Positions 63,120-64,000 of a stretch of DNA of 64,000 nt are shown piece by piece (the stretch's first letter is position 1; the number at the start of each line of letters is the position of its first letter). The stretch spans positions 248,001 through 312,000 of the forward strand of contig VRMN01000011.1 in assembly GCA_008690995.1 (NCBI GenBank), in the 5' to 3' direction. Both the position numbers and the translations under genes were made by a program. The notes beneath the pieces are model-generated. The model saw only the letters and a program-made list of their open reading frames with translations, made no database searches and was not told the DNA's origin. Source of the DNA: Porphyridium purpureum. Taxonomy: Eukaryota.

Positions 63120-63901
63120 GGTTCCGCCCCGAGAGACGCCGTAGGGTTTTGAGTACAAAACCCTAGAAAGTTCTATGATGAAAGATTGTTCGAGAAGCGT
63201 GATGATCTCGGACCTGCGAAATGTTTGTCATTGTCGTTTTGTGTGGCCTTGTGCAAAGGTCAAAGGCCGGCCGAAGCTTCTGGATTCGTTCTTGACGCGC
63301 CCTCCCGGCCATTTTCCGGATACGTGGCCGGCTGTGGTTGCGAGTTGTGGAACGAATCAAAACCTGTGGTGGAAATTCGTCCTGTTGGAGAAATTTGTTC
63401 TCCCGTCCTTGCTGGAAAGAGCAAGGACGAAGGGTATAAAAGGACGAAGGGGCAAGCTGGTTCCCAGGAATTTCCAGGTCAAGGTAGAAGAAGAGGTAAG
63501 GGCAAACAGAATAAAAAGAGAATTGGTTAGTTGGATTGAGGCAGTCGTTGGAAGACTTGGGTTGGATTTGCGGGAGAGGCACGCTAGCGTGTTGTGCGAG
63601 CGGATATCGGTCTGGAGTGTTTTTAAAAAGGCAGCTGGGGTTTAAAAGTACCTTCCATCACCCTTCACTTGTCAAGACCGGTCCACTCCCTCTCGTAGTC
63701 CCCTATAAGTTGAATTTTCTGTCCTCTCTTCCTTTCTAGCCACTTTTCTCTGATTGTCCTGCTTGTCCTTCCGTTCGTTTCGGTGTGTCGGTTCGTCATC
63801 GGTTTGTCAGTTTCCGGGGTGTGGTGGTTTCCAGTTCCTGTTATCGGTGAAGCGGTCCGGTTTTGTTGATTCGGTTACAAAGCGGAGAGGGAGAAATTCC
63901 A
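63109..63901 (+). repeat. 3' LTR of element C
   Basis: Follows PPT GGAAGGAGGAG; direct repeat of the 5' LTR. Confidence 0.93.
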
Positions 63902-64000
63902 AGAAAAGGCATCCAAAGTCTTGATTTCCATTGAAATCATCCTTAAGTACAGTCGGCTTTTCAGGGGCGTCATCACTACGCAGAGGAAGCGACCCTGGAA

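Larger units (their letters stand above)
58145..63901 (+). mobile_element. LTR retrotransposon element C: Gypsy-like gag/protease plus Copia-like IN-RT-RH
   Basis: 793-bp LTRs TGGAATTT...AAATTCCA (58145-58937, 63109-63901; one mismatch seen, 58543/63507); PBS 58940-58957; PPT 63096-63106. Confidence 0.92.

Overview
Eukaryotic nuclear DNA, most likely from an intron-poor red alga such as Porphyridium. This is an inference from a nuclear-encoded phycobilisome linker with a plastid transit peptide and the near absence of introns. Positions 1-37.6 kb are GC-rich and gene-dense, with about 23 genes: PfkB kinase-ABM fusion, Rrp7, CstF-77, an OPR protein, acetoacetyl-CoA synthetase, intron-split COQ5, Slx9, thioredoxin-like, a 6TM ion channel, FEN1, eL28, homogentisate solanesyltransferase, pyruvate carboxylase, MRG, bL31-like, an ABC ATPase, a sulfotransferase, RAB3GAP2-like, a phycobilisome linker and several unknowns. 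After about 38 kb the DNA is gene-free and AT-richer, and holds four intact, very young LTR retrotransposons. (A) A Copia element has a second copy inserted in reverse into its 5' LTR, forming a ~4.8 kb-arm palindrome; the outer copy has mismatched LTRs. (B) A GalEa-like Copia has a palindrome/hairpin in place of a primer-binding site. (C) The most unusual element joins Ty3/Gypsy-type Gag and protease to Copia-type IN-RT-RNaseH through a predicted -1 frameshift with an H-type pseudoknot. All family assignments come from motif recognition by eye; no searches were run.
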